DNA from: an uncultured Pseudomonadales bacterium
GTDB taxonomy: Bacteria > Patescibacteriota > Microgenomatia > UBA1400 > CAYNFZ01
Reading direction: 5' to 3'
NCBI GenBank assembly: GCA_964398525.1
Contig: CAYNMS010000002.1
Coordinates: forward strand, 2,403-66,402
Length of the DNA: 64,000 nt
Shown: positions 20,090-29,754 of the stretch, in pieces
Position numbering within the stretch: position 1 is the stretch's first letter
How the letters are laid out: the number at the start of each line of letters is the position of its first letter
Notes under the pieces: model-generated
The model's database searches: none
Told to the model about the DNA's origin: nothing
What the model saw: the letters and a program-made list of their open reading frames with translations, nothing else
Made by a program: the position numbers and the translations under genes

Positions 20090-20878
20090 TTAGATGGCTA
20101 ATCGGAAAAGGGAATGGGTGTTTTTTGAGATTTGGTGAACAAGATTTGAAAGGGATTGGTTGAGGAGTTGAGAAGCACAGGTGTAGGTGGAGGCAATATT
20201 GGCCGGGTGGTTGGGAAACTGACCCCGATGGGGATTTAGGTAGGGAGCGTCGGTTTCAAGTAGGAGCCGATTGGCAGGAACAAGAGGAAGCAGAGAGCGA
20301 AGGGTTTTGGAAGAAGAGAAAGTTAGATTGCCAGCAAAAGAGATGTATAAGTCCAGGTCGAGGGCTCGACGCAAAATGGTCTCGTCGCCTGAAAAGCAAT
20401 GAAGAACGGCTTTGACTGGGTGGCTATGGAGAAGATTAAGAGTGTCGGAATGGGCGTCTCTGATGTGAATGGTAAGCGGGAGTTTGTTTTCTTGGGCAAG
20501 TTTGAGTTGGTGGAGGAAAAGTTCCTGTTGAAGCTCGATAATTTGGAGTCGCTTAGGATGGTGAGTGATCCAGTGATAATCAAGTCCACACTCACCTAGG
20601 GCAACGGGAGAGCGAGTGAGTTGGTCGTTTAGAGCTTGAAAAAGAGGTTTGGGGGAGGCTTGAGACTCGATAAGATCAGTGGCCAGACTGGGGTGAAGGC
20701 CGATGGCGGCATAAACTTGAGAGTGTTGGGAAGCGAGTTGGAGAGCCTGATGATTGGAATCCGGATCAATACCGGGCACAATTATGGTGTTGACTCCGGT
20801 TTGAGTGGCGAGAGAGAGATAGTGATCTGCTTGAGAAAGTAGAGGGGGTAGGTTTAAGTGAGTGTGAGTATCGACCAT
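20090..20878 (-). CDS. tatD: TatD-family metal-dependent hydrolase/DNase
   Basis: MVDTHTHLN... TatD signature. Confidence 0.8.
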   Translation of the reverse strand: MVDTHTHLNLPPLLSQADHYLSLATQTGVNTIIVPGIDPDSNHQALQLASQHSQVYAAIGLHPSLATDLIESQASPKPLFQALNDQLTRSPVALGECGLDYHWITHHPKRLQIIELQQELFLHQLKLAQENKLPLTIHIRDAHSDTLNLLHSHPVKAVLHCFSGDETILRRALDLDLYISFAGNLTFSSSKTLRSLLPLVPANRLLLETDAPYLNPHRGQFPNHPANIASTYTCASQLLNQSLSNLVHQISKNTHSLFRLAI

Positions 20879-20887
20879 AAGAGTAAA

Positions 20888-22318
20888 TTACTGGTCGAGA
20901 CGAGGAAATAAGGGTTTGAGGGCGGATATTTCAGGACCTTGAAAGTGACTGGTGAGAGTGGCACTGGTTTGGGGCAGGAAAGGTTGGAGCTCGAAGCTGA
21001 CTTGACGGAAATGAGCTACCAGGGTTTGAAGAGTGGATTGGAGTTGACTGCCTTGCTGCTGCCAAGGACGTTTTTCCTCAATGAGTTGATCGATTTCTTT
21101 GAGCCGGAGCCAAATGGAAGCCAAAGCCAGATCAAAACGATAATCATGGAGGTGATTTTTGACTTGAGAGCGCAGACCGGGAGGGGTATCTGAGGGGAAC
21201 TCGAGTCCGCTTTTGGCACAAAGGGAGGCAAGACGGGAGGCAGTGTTACCTAAACCGTTGGCGAGATCTGAATGATAGGCGGCGAGGAATTTATCTTTGG
21301 AAAAATCACTATCGGCAAAAGGAGAAACCTTGGCCAGAAGGAAATAACGAAGCGGGTCGGCACCGTAACGGTCAAGAAGAGGGAGAGGATCAAAAACGTT
21401 GCCAAGAGTTTTGCTCATTTTTTGGCCAGATACGGTTAAATATTCATGAACAAAAAGTGACTTGGGTAGTGCCAGGCCAGCGGAGAGAAGGAAAGCGGGC
21501 CAGTAGACAGCGTGGAAGCGAAGGATGCCTTTGCCAATGACGTGGACATCTGCTGGCCACCACTGATGGTATTTGGCCTGATCCCATCCGAAACCTACTC
21601 CAGACTGATAGATATTGAGAGCATCGAACCAAACGTAAATGCGCTGAGACGGGTCTCCCGGAACCGGGATGCCCCAGTCTCTGGCTCTTTGATTAGTGCG
21701 GGAAATACTAATATCGGCCAAACCCCGTTTGATGAAGGCAATGACTTCATTTTTTCGAGTTTGGGGGATGATCAATAATTGGTTGGAATCAATGAGGTGA
21801 AGAAGTTGGTCTTGGTAGCGAGAGAGGCGGAAAAAGTAATTGGTTTCAGTAACGGTTTCGAGTGACTTACCCGGGTGCTCGGGACACTGGTTATCTTCCA
21901 GTTCTTCGGGTTGATAGAAGGCTTCACAGCCAACACAATAAAGGCCGGAGTAAGATTTTTGATAAATGTCGCCGTTTTGGTCACAAAGTTGCCAGAGTTT
22001 TTGACTGGCGGGGTAGTGGTGAACTTGGTCGGAACCTTTTTGCCAAATATCAAAGGCGGCATTGAGTTTCTGAGAGAGAGCCAGAAAACTTTGAGTGTTT
22101 TGATCGACAAAGTCTTGGATAGGCTGGCCGGCGGCTTCGGCGGCTTGAACGTTTTTGAGGGCGTTTTCGTCGCCACCAGAGAGAGTGAGAACTTGGTCGC
22201 CAAGGAGCCGGCGGAAACGAGCGATGGTGTCGGCTTGGACAAATTCAAGCGCGTGGCCGATGTGGGGCCGGGCATTAACATAGGGGATAGCGGCGGTGAG
22301 ATAGTATTTTTGGGTCAT
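20888..22318 (-). CDS. metG: Methionyl-tRNA synthetase (short form)
   Basis: PYVNARPHIGHA (HIGH) and KMSKTLGN (KMSKS) motifs. Confidence 0.9.
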   Translation of the reverse strand: MTQKYYLTAAIPYVNARPHIGHALEFVQADTIARFRRLLGDQVLTLSGGDENALKNVQAAEAAGQPIQDFVDQNTQSFLALSQKLNAAFDIWQKGSDQVHHYPASQKLWQLCDQNGDIYQKSYSGLYCVGCEAFYQPEELEDNQCPEHPGKSLETVTETNYFFRLSRYQDQLLHLIDSNQLLIIPQTRKNEVIAFIKRGLADISISRTNQRARDWGIPVPGDPSQRIYVWFDALNIYQSGVGFGWDQAKYHQWWPADVHVIGKGILRFHAVYWPAFLLSAGLALPKSLFVHEYLTVSGQKMSKTLGNVFDPLPLLDRYGADPLRYFLLAKVSPFADSDFSKDKFLAAYHSDLANGLGNTASRLASLCAKSGLEFPSDTPPGLRSQVKNHLHDYRFDLALASIWLRLKEIDQLIEEKRPWQQQGSQLQSTLQTLVAHFRQVSFELQPFLPQTSATLTSHFQGPEISALKPLFPRLDQ

Positions 22319-22336
22319 AGAAAAAATGAGGTGGAA

Positions 22337-22738
22337 TTAAGGAGATTTTAGCACAGGCTTGCCTGGTGGATGAGACAGGTAGAGAGCGGCGGCTTCAAAA
22401 GAGAGAAATAAGAGCAGGGTTAAGGCCAGATAAAGAAGATGGGAAAAACCAAGGAGGCGTAATAGTAAGATGGTTACCAGAAAAAGACTGATAAATAGTG
22501 AGCGACGAGTGTGGAGAAGAAGAAACTTGAGTGAGGAAAAGAGAGCGAGAAAGAGCAAGAGAAAGAAGGGTAGATAGAGGCCAGGAAGAAGCAGATTTTG
22601 AAAAAGGCGGGGAGGGAGCCGGAAGAAGATGTAGACCAAGATTGTCCAGGAAAGAATCGAGACAGTAAGATAAAACCAGCGGGAAGAAAGATGAAATTGA
22701 GGAGAGGTTTTTTGGAGACGACGATTGCGACGGGACAT
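22337..22738 (-). CDS. Hypothetical small polytopic membrane protein
   Basis: 133 aa, 3-4 hydrophobic segments, basic N-terminus. No family recognised. Confidence 0.4.
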   Translation of the reverse strand: MSRRNRRLQKTSPQFHLSSRWFYLTVSILSWTILVYIFFRLPPRLFQNLLLPGLYLPFFLLLFLALFSSLKFLLLHTRRSLFISLFLVTILLLRLLGFSHLLYLALTLLLFLSFEAAALYLSHPPGKPVLKSP

Positions 22739-22830
22739 GGGGATAGTGTAGCGGGAAAAAATCTGAGGGGGGAGGGGTAAATTCAGACTGGGAAAGTTGA
22801 TTGCAAGAGATGCCCTGGTAGAATGAGCTT

Positions 22831-23967
22831 ATGGATTTTATGGGGAGCTTGTTACTAATACTGTTGGTGGGAGTGGCGGTTTTGGTAGTGGTTTTGTATA
22901 GGAAATTGGAAGGATTGGCCAGCAGAACAGGAGAGATGGATGAGGAGAAAGCCAGGTCAATTGTGAATCAAGTGTTTGGTGAAATAAGCAATAAAGTAAT
23001 TTTGCAAACTAAAGGGGCTTTGTCGAGCGAGAAAGAGGCGATTTTTAAAGACAATGAAAATAAGGCAAAAGCGATTGAAAAAATGGTGGCGGAGTTGAAG
23101 ACAGAGATAGATGAGAGACAAAAGGAAATTAGAGGGTTGGAACAGGACCGAAATAAAAAATTTGGAGAGATAACCACGGCAATTGAGGAACATAGAAAAA
23201 TTACGGAAGAACTGAAGACTTCGACCCAATCGCTATCTAAAGTGTTATCCAACAACCAAACCCGAGGACAGTGGGGGGAGAGAATTATTGAGGATATTTT
23301 GCAGAGTGCAGGTTTGATGGAGGGGGTGCATTTTTTAAGACAGGCAACCTTGGGAAGTTCGAGTGTAAAACCGGATATAACCATATTGCTACCTAACCAG
23401 CGGAAAGTGTGTGTGGATGTGAAATTTCCATATGCGGAGATACAGAAAATGGCGTTGGCTGAGGGAAAAACGGCTAAAGCGGAACATTTGAAGAATTTTA
23501 GCAGGGATGTAAGAAAGAAAATTGGCGAGATAGAAACTAGAGGTTATATAGATGTTGAACATGGGACACTGGATTACGCGATTATGTTTGTGCCCAACGA
23601 AATGCTGTTTTCGTTTATAAATCAACAATTGCCTGATGTGGTAGACGAGGCTATGGATAAAAAAGTGATGATGGTCTCCCCGTTTACGTTTTTGATTGTG
23701 GCGCGAACGGTGATGGAATCTTACCGGAATTTTATGATGGAGAATAATTTAAAGACGATAGTTAAACATATAACTGAATTTGTAGACGACTGGAAAAGAT
23801 TTCAAGGGGAGTTTGGAAAGTTTGATGAGTCGATTGAATCAATGAGGAAAAGGTTTGATCAAATTTACACCACCAGATATAAACAAATGGATTTGAGAAT
23901 TAAGAGGATTCAAGAGGATCAACAAGAAAAACTAATTGAAGAGGGGCAACCTTTGTTGAAGGGGTAG
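22831..23967 (+). CDS. rmuC: DNA recombination protein RmuC
   Basis: N-terminal TM, long coiled coil, GQWGE motif and C-terminal PD-(D/E)XK-like region. Confidence 0.8.
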   Translation: MDFMGSLLLILLVGVAVLVVVLYRKLEGLASRTGEMDEEKARSIVNQVFGEISNKVILQTKGALSSEKEAIFKDNENKAKAIEKMVAELKTEIDERQKEIRGLEQDRNKKFGEITTAIEEHRKITEELKTSTQSLSKVLSNNQTRGQWGERIIEDILQSAGLMEGVHFLRQATLGSSSVKPDITILLPNQRKVCVDVKFPYAEIQKMALAEGKTAKAEHLKNFSRDVRKKIGEIETRGYIDVEHGTLDYAIMFVPNEMLFSFINQQLPDVVDEAMDKKVMMVSPFTFLIVARTVMESYRNFMMENNLKTIVKHITEFVDDWKRFQGEFGKFDESIESMRKRFDQIYTTRYKQMDLRIKRIQEDQQEKLIEEGQPLLKG

Positions 23968-23968
23968 G

Positions 23969-24499
23969 ATGGAAACCATAGTAACTAAAAGTGGCAAGAA
24001 GTTGATGGTGAGGGCACCCAATCCCGGGGACGCGAAAGTGGTGCTTACTTATATAAACGAGTTGGTTTTAGAGGATGTACCGATTTTAGTAAATGAAAAA
24101 CAAACTCTAGAAGATGAGGAAAGGTATATAAAGGAGGCTTTGGCTGAAATCGAACGAGAAGAAAAGATCCAATTGTTAGTGTTTGATGGTGAGAAACTGG
24201 TAGGAAATGCTCAAGTGGATAGAGGTAAATATCGGGAGAAGCATGTTGGAGTCTTGGGAATTTCGATAGCCAAAGACTTTCGGGGCATGGGAGTAGGCTA
24301 CAAGTTGGCAAAAGCCGTGACAGAAAAAGCAAGGGGGATAGGGGTAAAAATAGTAGTGTTGGAGTATATGAAAATAAATAAACTAGCAAGAAAAATGTAT
24401 GAGAAATTGGGATTTATTGAGTTTGGGGAATTGGCAAATGGGATGGAGTACCAAGGAAAGTTGGTGTCGAAGGGGTATATGTACAAACAACTAGATTAG
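23969..24499 (+). CDS. GNAT-family N-acetyltransferase
   Basis: 176 aa. Starts 1 nt after the rmuC stop, so translationally coupled. Confidence 0.6.
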   Translation: METIVTKSGKKLMVRAPNPGDAKVVLTYINELVLEDVPILVNEKQTLEDEERYIKEALAEIEREEKIQLLVFDGEKLVGNAQVDRGKYREKHVGVLGISIAKDFRGMGVGYKLAKAVTEKARGIGVKIVVLEYMKINKLARKMYEKLGFIEFGELANGMEYQGKLVSKGYMYKQLD

Positions 24500-25014
24500 G
24501 CTTGATAGAAGTAAACTCCTTTGAAGTTGTCTTTGAGGTGTTGGTGAAATTTGAGACCAGGGATTTGATAGTCGGGAGAAATGATGAGAGTGCCAGGTTT
24601 TAGTTGGGGAAGAATTTTGGATTTGACTGGTCCCATGTATTTGGTCATTTGATAGAGATAGACAATATCGACTTGGGAGAGATCCGCCCGCCACATGTCG
24701 CCAAAATGGATTTTGATTTTTTTATGGTCTACCCCACTCTTTCTGGTGCGCCAAAGAGCAGTTAAATAGACTAGAAAGTCAGATTCCCAGCCCTGAGCAA
24801 ATGAAGCTCCTTGTTTGACGGCTTCGATGAGAATGCGGCCATCACCACAGCCCAGGTCTGCGACATGGTCGCCTGGCTTGATAAAGCTGGTGATTGTTTT
24901 GAGACGCTCTTTAGGTAAGGGTACATAGGGAGAACCTTTGAAAGAAGTGTAGACGAAACTGGAAAGCCAAAAGAGAATGAGACCGAAAATCAGGAGGGCC
25001 AGAAGTGAGAGCAT
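24496..25014 (-). CDS. Membrane-anchored class I SAM-dependent methyltransferase (start corrected to internal Met; ORF-track extension to 25311 overlaps the helicase gene)
   Basis: MLSLLALLIFGLILF TM, then VADLGCGDGRIL (motif I). Confidence 0.6.
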   Translation of the reverse strand: MLSLLALLIFGLILFWLSSFVYTSFKGSPYVPLPKERLKTITSFIKPGDHVADLGCGDGRILIEAVKQGASFAQGWESDFLVYLTALWRTRKSGVDHKKIKIHFGDMWRADLSQVDIVYLYQMTKYMGPVKSKILPQLKPGTLIISPDYQIPGLKFHQHLKDNFKGVYFYQA

Positions 25015-25087
25015 AAAAGCATTGTAGCGGCTAGGAGAGCGAATCGCCAGAAGATCAATGAAGACAGGAGGCTTTATAATAGCTCTT

Positions 25088-27907
25088 ATGGACCAGTTAA
25101 AAGGAATTGAAGAATTAAATTTAGAACAAAAACAAGCAGTAGAGAATGAAGACGGACCACAACTGATTGTGGCTGGGGCGGGAACCGGAAAAACCAGAGT
25201 GATCACCGAGAAAATGAAGTGGCTAGTAGAGAGAGGATTGAAGCCGGATGAGATTTTGGCATTGACTTTTACCGAAAAAGCAGCCGAGGAAATGGTAGGA
25301 AGACTGGACACGATAATGCCACTTGGATATGAAGAGCCGTGGGTGTCGACTTTTCATAGATTTGGAGAGAGAGTGTTGAAACAAGAAGCATTGGAGATTG
25401 GACTGGATCCTTCGTACCGGATTATGACCCAACCGGAACAGTGGCTGTTGGTAAAGGAGCATTTATTTGAGTTTGAGCTTAGTTATTACCGGCCGCTAGG
25501 AAACCCCAACAAGTTTATTGGTGCTTTGATTAAATTGTTTGCCAGAGCTGGTGATGAAAATGTAAGCGCTCAAGAGATTAGAGAATATGCCAAAAGTATA
25601 AAGGGGGACGTGGAAGAAACTGAAGTGGAAAAACTGTTGGAAGTGGCGGGAGCGTATGAAAAATATAACGAATTGAAACTGAAAGAGTCGGTAATGGATT
25701 TTGGAGATTTGATTTCGTGGTGTTTGAAACTGTTTGCAGAAAGAAGCAACGTGCTGGCAAAGTATCAGGGGCAGTTTAAGCATATTTTGGTGGATGAATT
25801 TCAGGACACAAATTACGCCCAGTATCAATTGATAAAGATGCTGGCGCCGGTTGAGAAACAGCCAAATTTAACGGTAGTGGGAGATGACAGCCAATCGATA
25901 TATCGATTTAGAGGAGCGGCGATTTCTAATATTTTGAATTTTATGAGGGATTACCCTAAGGCAAAGCAAATTGTACTGACCAAAAATTACCGCTCGATTC
26001 AGCCGATTTTGGATGGAGCTTATAGATTAATCAAACAAAACGACCCGGAGACTTTGGAGGCGAAACTGGGTATTAGTAAAAACCTGATAAGCCAACGACA
26101 AGTCAAGATTGATGAGAAACCCTTGGTGGTGGAACTAGACTCGGCAGAAGAGGAAGTGGGGTGGGTGATTAAAAAAATATTCGAACTGTTGGCAAAAGGT
26201 TACAACTATAAGGATGTGGCGATTGTGGCACGAGCCAATAGTCAACTTGAGGCTTATGTGGCAGGACTGAAGCAACTGTCACTACCCTATCGAAGGGTGG
26301 GAAATAGGGGGTTGTTTGATCAGGAGGAAATAAGAGGGTTAATTAACTTTATGAGAGTGATGGTTAACCCGGAAAATAACGTAGATTTGTTTGGTTATTT
26401 GTATATGGAGGAGCTGGAACTTAACAAAAGCTTGATCCTGAAAAAGCTAACTGAGGCAAAAAGAAACCGAGTGAGTTTGTATGAATTGATTTTAAAAGAT
26501 GAGTCTTTTGGCCGAGCAGTTGAGTTGATCCGACAGGCGCAAGAGAAAATAGATGAGCAAAAAAGTAGTCAGATTTTGTTTAATTTTGTCAATGAAAGTG
26601 GTTACTTGAAAAGACTGGTGGAGAAGGAAAGCTTGGAAAATGCTTTGAAGTTGAAAAATTTGAATTTATTTTTTAGATATTTGAGAGGCTTTGAGGAAAA
26701 AACAAATTTAAGTGTAGTGGGACTGGTGGAAATGTTGGATGACTTGATGGAGGCGGGAGAAAATCCCCAGCAAGCAGAAATTGAAGATATTGACGCGATT
26801 ACTTTAACCACAGCACACAGTGCTAAGGGGTTGGAGTTTGGAGTGGTATTTATGGTGAGTTTGGTGGCCGGGAGGTTTCCGGCATATGGCAGAAGAGACC
26901 CGATTGAGTTACCCACTGATTTATTTAAAGAAAGCTTGCCTGAAGAGGATAAAACTGCGGAAGAAAGACGACTGTTTTATGTGGGTATGACTCGAGCACG
27001 CGACCGGTTGTTTTTAACCTGGGCAAAAGATTATGGAGGAGTCAGAAAAAGAAAAGCATCCGGGTTTTTGACTGAAACAGGGTTTGAAGGGATAAAAGCA
27101 GAAACAAACGGACAATTGACGTTACTGGGAATTAAACCTCAAGACCCGCCGGTGATTTATGAGGGGGAACAAGAATATAGATTGGATCACTTGAGCTATT
27201 CGCAAATTGATACGTATAAAGCCTGTCCACTAAAGTTTAAATACAGATATATCCTACAAATTCCAGCTGAACCACACCACGCTTTATCTTTTGGGAGATC
27301 GATACATGAAACACTCAAAGAGTTTCACCAGTTTGAACAAGCAGGAAGAGAGGTGAAGCGGGAAGAGTTGCTGGCGATATATGAGAAAAATTTCGTGAAA
27401 GAAGGTTATGATTCGGAACAGCACAGAAGAGAGAGGTATGAAGCTGGGAGGTTAGCGATGAGTGATTATCACAGTAAATGCAAGGAACTGTTGGGGAGGG
27501 CGTGGAGATTGGAGCAGAGCTTTAAATTAGTGATCGGTGGAATTCCCTTGATTGGCAAGATCGACAGAATTGATAAAAACGGACAAGCTTATGAAATTAT
27601 TGATTATAAGACCGGATCGGCTGGAAGAAAAGGGCAGGCAGATAAAGATGAGCAGCTGAGTATTTATGCGCTAGCGGCTCATGAGGCGTTGGGGATTGAG
27701 GCAGAGCGGCTATCGCTTTATTTTATTGAGAGCAATGAGAAAGAGGCTTCGACAAGAACGCTAAAGCAAATGGAAAAGAAGAAGGCGGACTTGGAAGGAA
27801 TGGTGGAGGAGATTAAAAGTTCGAAATTTGAACCTAAGCCAGGTAATCCCTTTCCATGCGGATTTTGTGAGTACAGAACCATATGTCCGTTTGCGGACAG
27901 GGGTTAG
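25088..27907 (+). CDS. UvrD/PcrA-family SF1 helicase fused to a C-terminal PD-(D/E)XK (Cas4/AddB-like, 4-Cys) nuclease domain
   Basis: LIVAGAGTGKT (Walker A), DEFQDTN, TAHSAKGLEF helicase motifs. C-terminus IDRIDK...IIDYKTG...CGFCEYRTICPF (RecB-nuclease motifs plus Cys cluster). Alternative start at 25058. Confidence 0.8.
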   Translation: MDQLKGIEELNLEQKQAVENEDGPQLIVAGAGTGKTRVITEKMKWLVERGLKPDEILALTFTEKAAEEMVGRLDTIMPLGYEEPWVSTFHRFGERVLKQEALEIGLDPSYRIMTQPEQWLLVKEHLFEFELSYYRPLGNPNKFIGALIKLFARAGDENVSAQEIREYAKSIKGDVEETEVEKLLEVAGAYEKYNELKLKESVMDFGDLISWCLKLFAERSNVLAKYQGQFKHILVDEFQDTNYAQYQLIKMLAPVEKQPNLTVVGDDSQSIYRFRGAAISNILNFMRDYPKAKQIVLTKNYRSIQPILDGAYRLIKQNDPETLEAKLGISKNLISQRQVKIDEKPLVVELDSAEEEVGWVIKKIFELLAKGYNYKDVAIVARANSQLEAYVAGLKQLSLPYRRVGNRGLFDQEEIRGLINFMRVMVNPENNVDLFGYLYMEELELNKSLILKKLTEAKRNRVSLYELILKDESFGRAVELIRQAQEKIDEQKSSQILFNFVNESGYLKRLVEKESLENALKLKNLNLFFRYLRGFEEKTNLSVVGLVEMLDDLMEAGENPQQAEIEDIDAITLTTAHSAKGLEFGVVFMVSLVAGRFPAYGRRDPIELPTDLFKESLPEEDKTAEERRLFYVGMTRARDRLFLTWAKDYGGVRKRKASGFLTETGFEGIKAETNGQLTLLGIKPQDPPVIYEGEQEYRLDHLSYSQIDTYKACPLKFKYRYILQIPAEPHHALSFGRSIHETLKEFHQFEQAGREVKREELLAIYEKNFVKEGYDSEQHRRERYEAGRLAMSDYHSKCKELLGRAWRLEQSFKLVIGGIPLIGKIDRIDKNGQAYEIIDYKTGSAGRKGQADKDEQLSIYALAAHEALGIEAERLSLYFIESNEKEASTRTLKQMEKKKADLEGMVEEIKSSKFEPKPGNPFPCGFCEYRTICPFADRG

Positions 27908-27914
27908 GAAAAAA

Positions 27915-28949
27915 TTAAAGAGGAAAACGGGAGCGGAAACGAAGATATTTCCAGCGGAGACGGTCGAGTTTGGTGAAGAGATTGTAACGGGAAGGTTGCC
28001 AAACGTAGTCATAGGTACCAACAAATTCCATGAGAGTACCACCATAACCTTCTTTGAAACGGTGAAAACCGTACCAAGGATCGCTGGCGTCTGGATGGGG
28101 CCCAAGAGAGCCCCAGAAATCAAAGAGGGTACAGCCCTTAGAGAGACCAAAACGGATTGCTTCCCAAGCGAGTAGGTTGTTGGCCATAACATCCCGGTGT
28201 TGGCGGCTGCTGGCACCGTAGGGGTAGTAAAGAGTGTGGTTGTGTCGAAAAAGGATCCAGGCGCCGAGAGTTTGATCTTGATAGACAGCTTTGAGAAGAT
28301 GGGCCATGCCAGCGGAATGGAGATGTTGCCACATAAGCCGATGGTATTTTTCTGAGTGGGAGTAAAACTCCTGACGTGAGGTGGTTTGACGCCAAAGATC
28401 TAGGTATTGGTTGAAGCCAGTTTCAGAATTATCTTCAACGACGGTGACGCCTTTTTTTTGAGCGAGCCGAATGTTGTAGCGGGTTTTGCTTTTGAGATTG
28501 GCAAAAAGGGCGTCTTCACCTGGGGTGAGATCGAGGATAAAGCTAAAAGGGGTAAACATCGGCCGGCCGGCGACGTGATTATGTTCCTGGAGAAATTGCC
28601 GGGCGGCCTTGATGTCGGCTGAAGGCGAGTCAACTGGTGAGTAAAGATTGGGCTCGTTTTTGATGTAGATAAGATTATGTTTTTCGGCGGCAGTTTTGAG
28701 GGCAAAAAGTTGGGCATCATCGGGAAAGCCGGCTTTGGGGAGATAGCCCAATTTCCAGCCAAGACGGGGTATTTGATGAATGGTGATTTGAAAACTTTGA
28801 AGGATATTGGGGCCATCGAAAAGAGCAAGGCGTAAAAGATCGGTGCCGGTAGCACGGCGAAAGTCTCCCCAAGCCCAGGTTTGGAGTGGATGAGTGGCGA
28901 CAGAATCAAATTTGGCTTTTTCTTGAAGGAGAGGTTCTCTGATGAGCAT
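27915..28949 (-). CDS. FemAB-family peptidyl/aminoacyl transferase (peptidoglycan interpeptide bridge formation)
   Basis: 344 aa. Recalled S. aureus FemA alignment: KTRYNIRLAQKKGVTV aligns with KRNTKKVKKNGVKV, and LYYPYGASS...FDFWGSLG...GFHRFKEGYGGTLMEFVGTYDYV aligns with VYYAGGTSN...YNFYGVSG...GVVKFKKGYNAEIIEYVGDFIKP. Confidence 0.7.
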   Translation of the reverse strand: MLIREPLLQEKAKFDSVATHPLQTWAWGDFRRATGTDLLRLALFDGPNILQSFQITIHQIPRLGWKLGYLPKAGFPDDAQLFALKTAAEKHNLIYIKNEPNLYSPVDSPSADIKAARQFLQEHNHVAGRPMFTPFSFILDLTPGEDALFANLKSKTRYNIRLAQKKGVTVVEDNSETGFNQYLDLWRQTTSRQEFYSHSEKYHRLMWQHLHSAGMAHLLKAVYQDQTLGAWILFRHNHTLYYPYGASSRQHRDVMANNLLAWEAIRFGLSKGCTLFDFWGSLGPHPDASDPWYGFHRFKEGYGGTLMEFVGTYDYVWQPSRYNLFTKLDRLRWKYLRFRSRFPL

Positions 28950-28961
28950 AAGTCGATTGTA

Positions 28962-29606
28962 TCATGGCCTCTGGTGACGATGAGTAAGGAGACGGAACAA
29001 AGCTTGAAATGACCTTTTTATACCCAAAAGGAGAAGAAGAGCGTCTGAATGAGGCGAGGCGGTTTGGAGATAGAGAAGTTCTGATTGGAGGCGTTTATCC
29101 AGTGATGGCAGAGGTAGAAAGCGGATTGCCGGTGATATGAGTCCAGGCCGGACGGTGAAACGGGCACGGGCTTTGGAGGGGAGTTTTTTGGATTGGCTGG
29201 GCTCGAGAGGACGGGGACCAATTAGACTCATATGGCCGGAGAGAATATTGAAAAGCTGAGGGAGTTCATCTAAGCCCGTGTGGGAGAGTAAAAATCCTAG
29301 ACGAGTAAAACGAGGGTCGTGGTGGATTTTAAACAAAGGAGGTTCGGCTTGATTGAGATGCTGATGACGCCAACGTTGTTGGGGAGCACCTTTGATCATG
29401 GTACGAAACTTGATTAGAGTAAAGGAGCGGGCGCGAAAACCTGTGCGTTTTTGACGAAAAAAAACGGGAGGGCCTGAAGTAATTAGAATTAAGAGAAATA
29501 GAGTTAAGAATGTTGGAAGTAAAAGGAGGATGAGGAGAACGGAAACTGAGAGATCGAAAATCCGTTTGGCGGGATGGCTGAGATAAGGTGAAAGAATTTG
29601 GGGCAT
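28962..29606 (-). CDS. Polyprenyl-phosphate sugar phosphotransferase (bacterial sugar transferase, WbaP/PglC C-domain type)
   Basis: N-terminal TM. KFRTM motif (LIKFRTMIKG). Size 214 aa. Confidence 0.65.
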   Translation of the reverse strand: MPQILSPYLSHPAKRIFDLSVSVLLILLLLPTFLTLFLLILITSGPPVFFRQKRTGFRARSFTLIKFRTMIKGAPQQRWRHQHLNQAEPPLFKIHHDPRFTRLGFLLSHTGLDELPQLFNILSGHMSLIGPRPLEPSQSKKLPSKARARFTVRPGLISPAIRFLPLPSLDKRLQSELLYLQTASPHSDALLLLLGIKRSFQALFRLLTHRHQRP

Positions 29607-29754
29607 GGTTTATGCTAGATAAAGATGTTAAGTAAATTTAAAAGAAGATTTGGTTGGCAACTTTTGCCGGGGTGGGCTAAGGTGTTATTAGTGCTGGAAG
29701 TGTTGGTGGGAGTGGTTTTTTTGGGCGGAATGGTGTGGGTGATTTGGGGGTGAA

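Noticed and set aside
24496-25311. Long 271-aa version of the methyltransferase ORF and the 25058 start of the helicase
   Set aside because: The first 99 aa have no methyltransferase features and would overlap the helicase gene by ~250 nt. The internal Met at 25014 begins the TM plus motif-I protein. The helicase N-terminus aligns best from Met 25088 (25058 remains possible).
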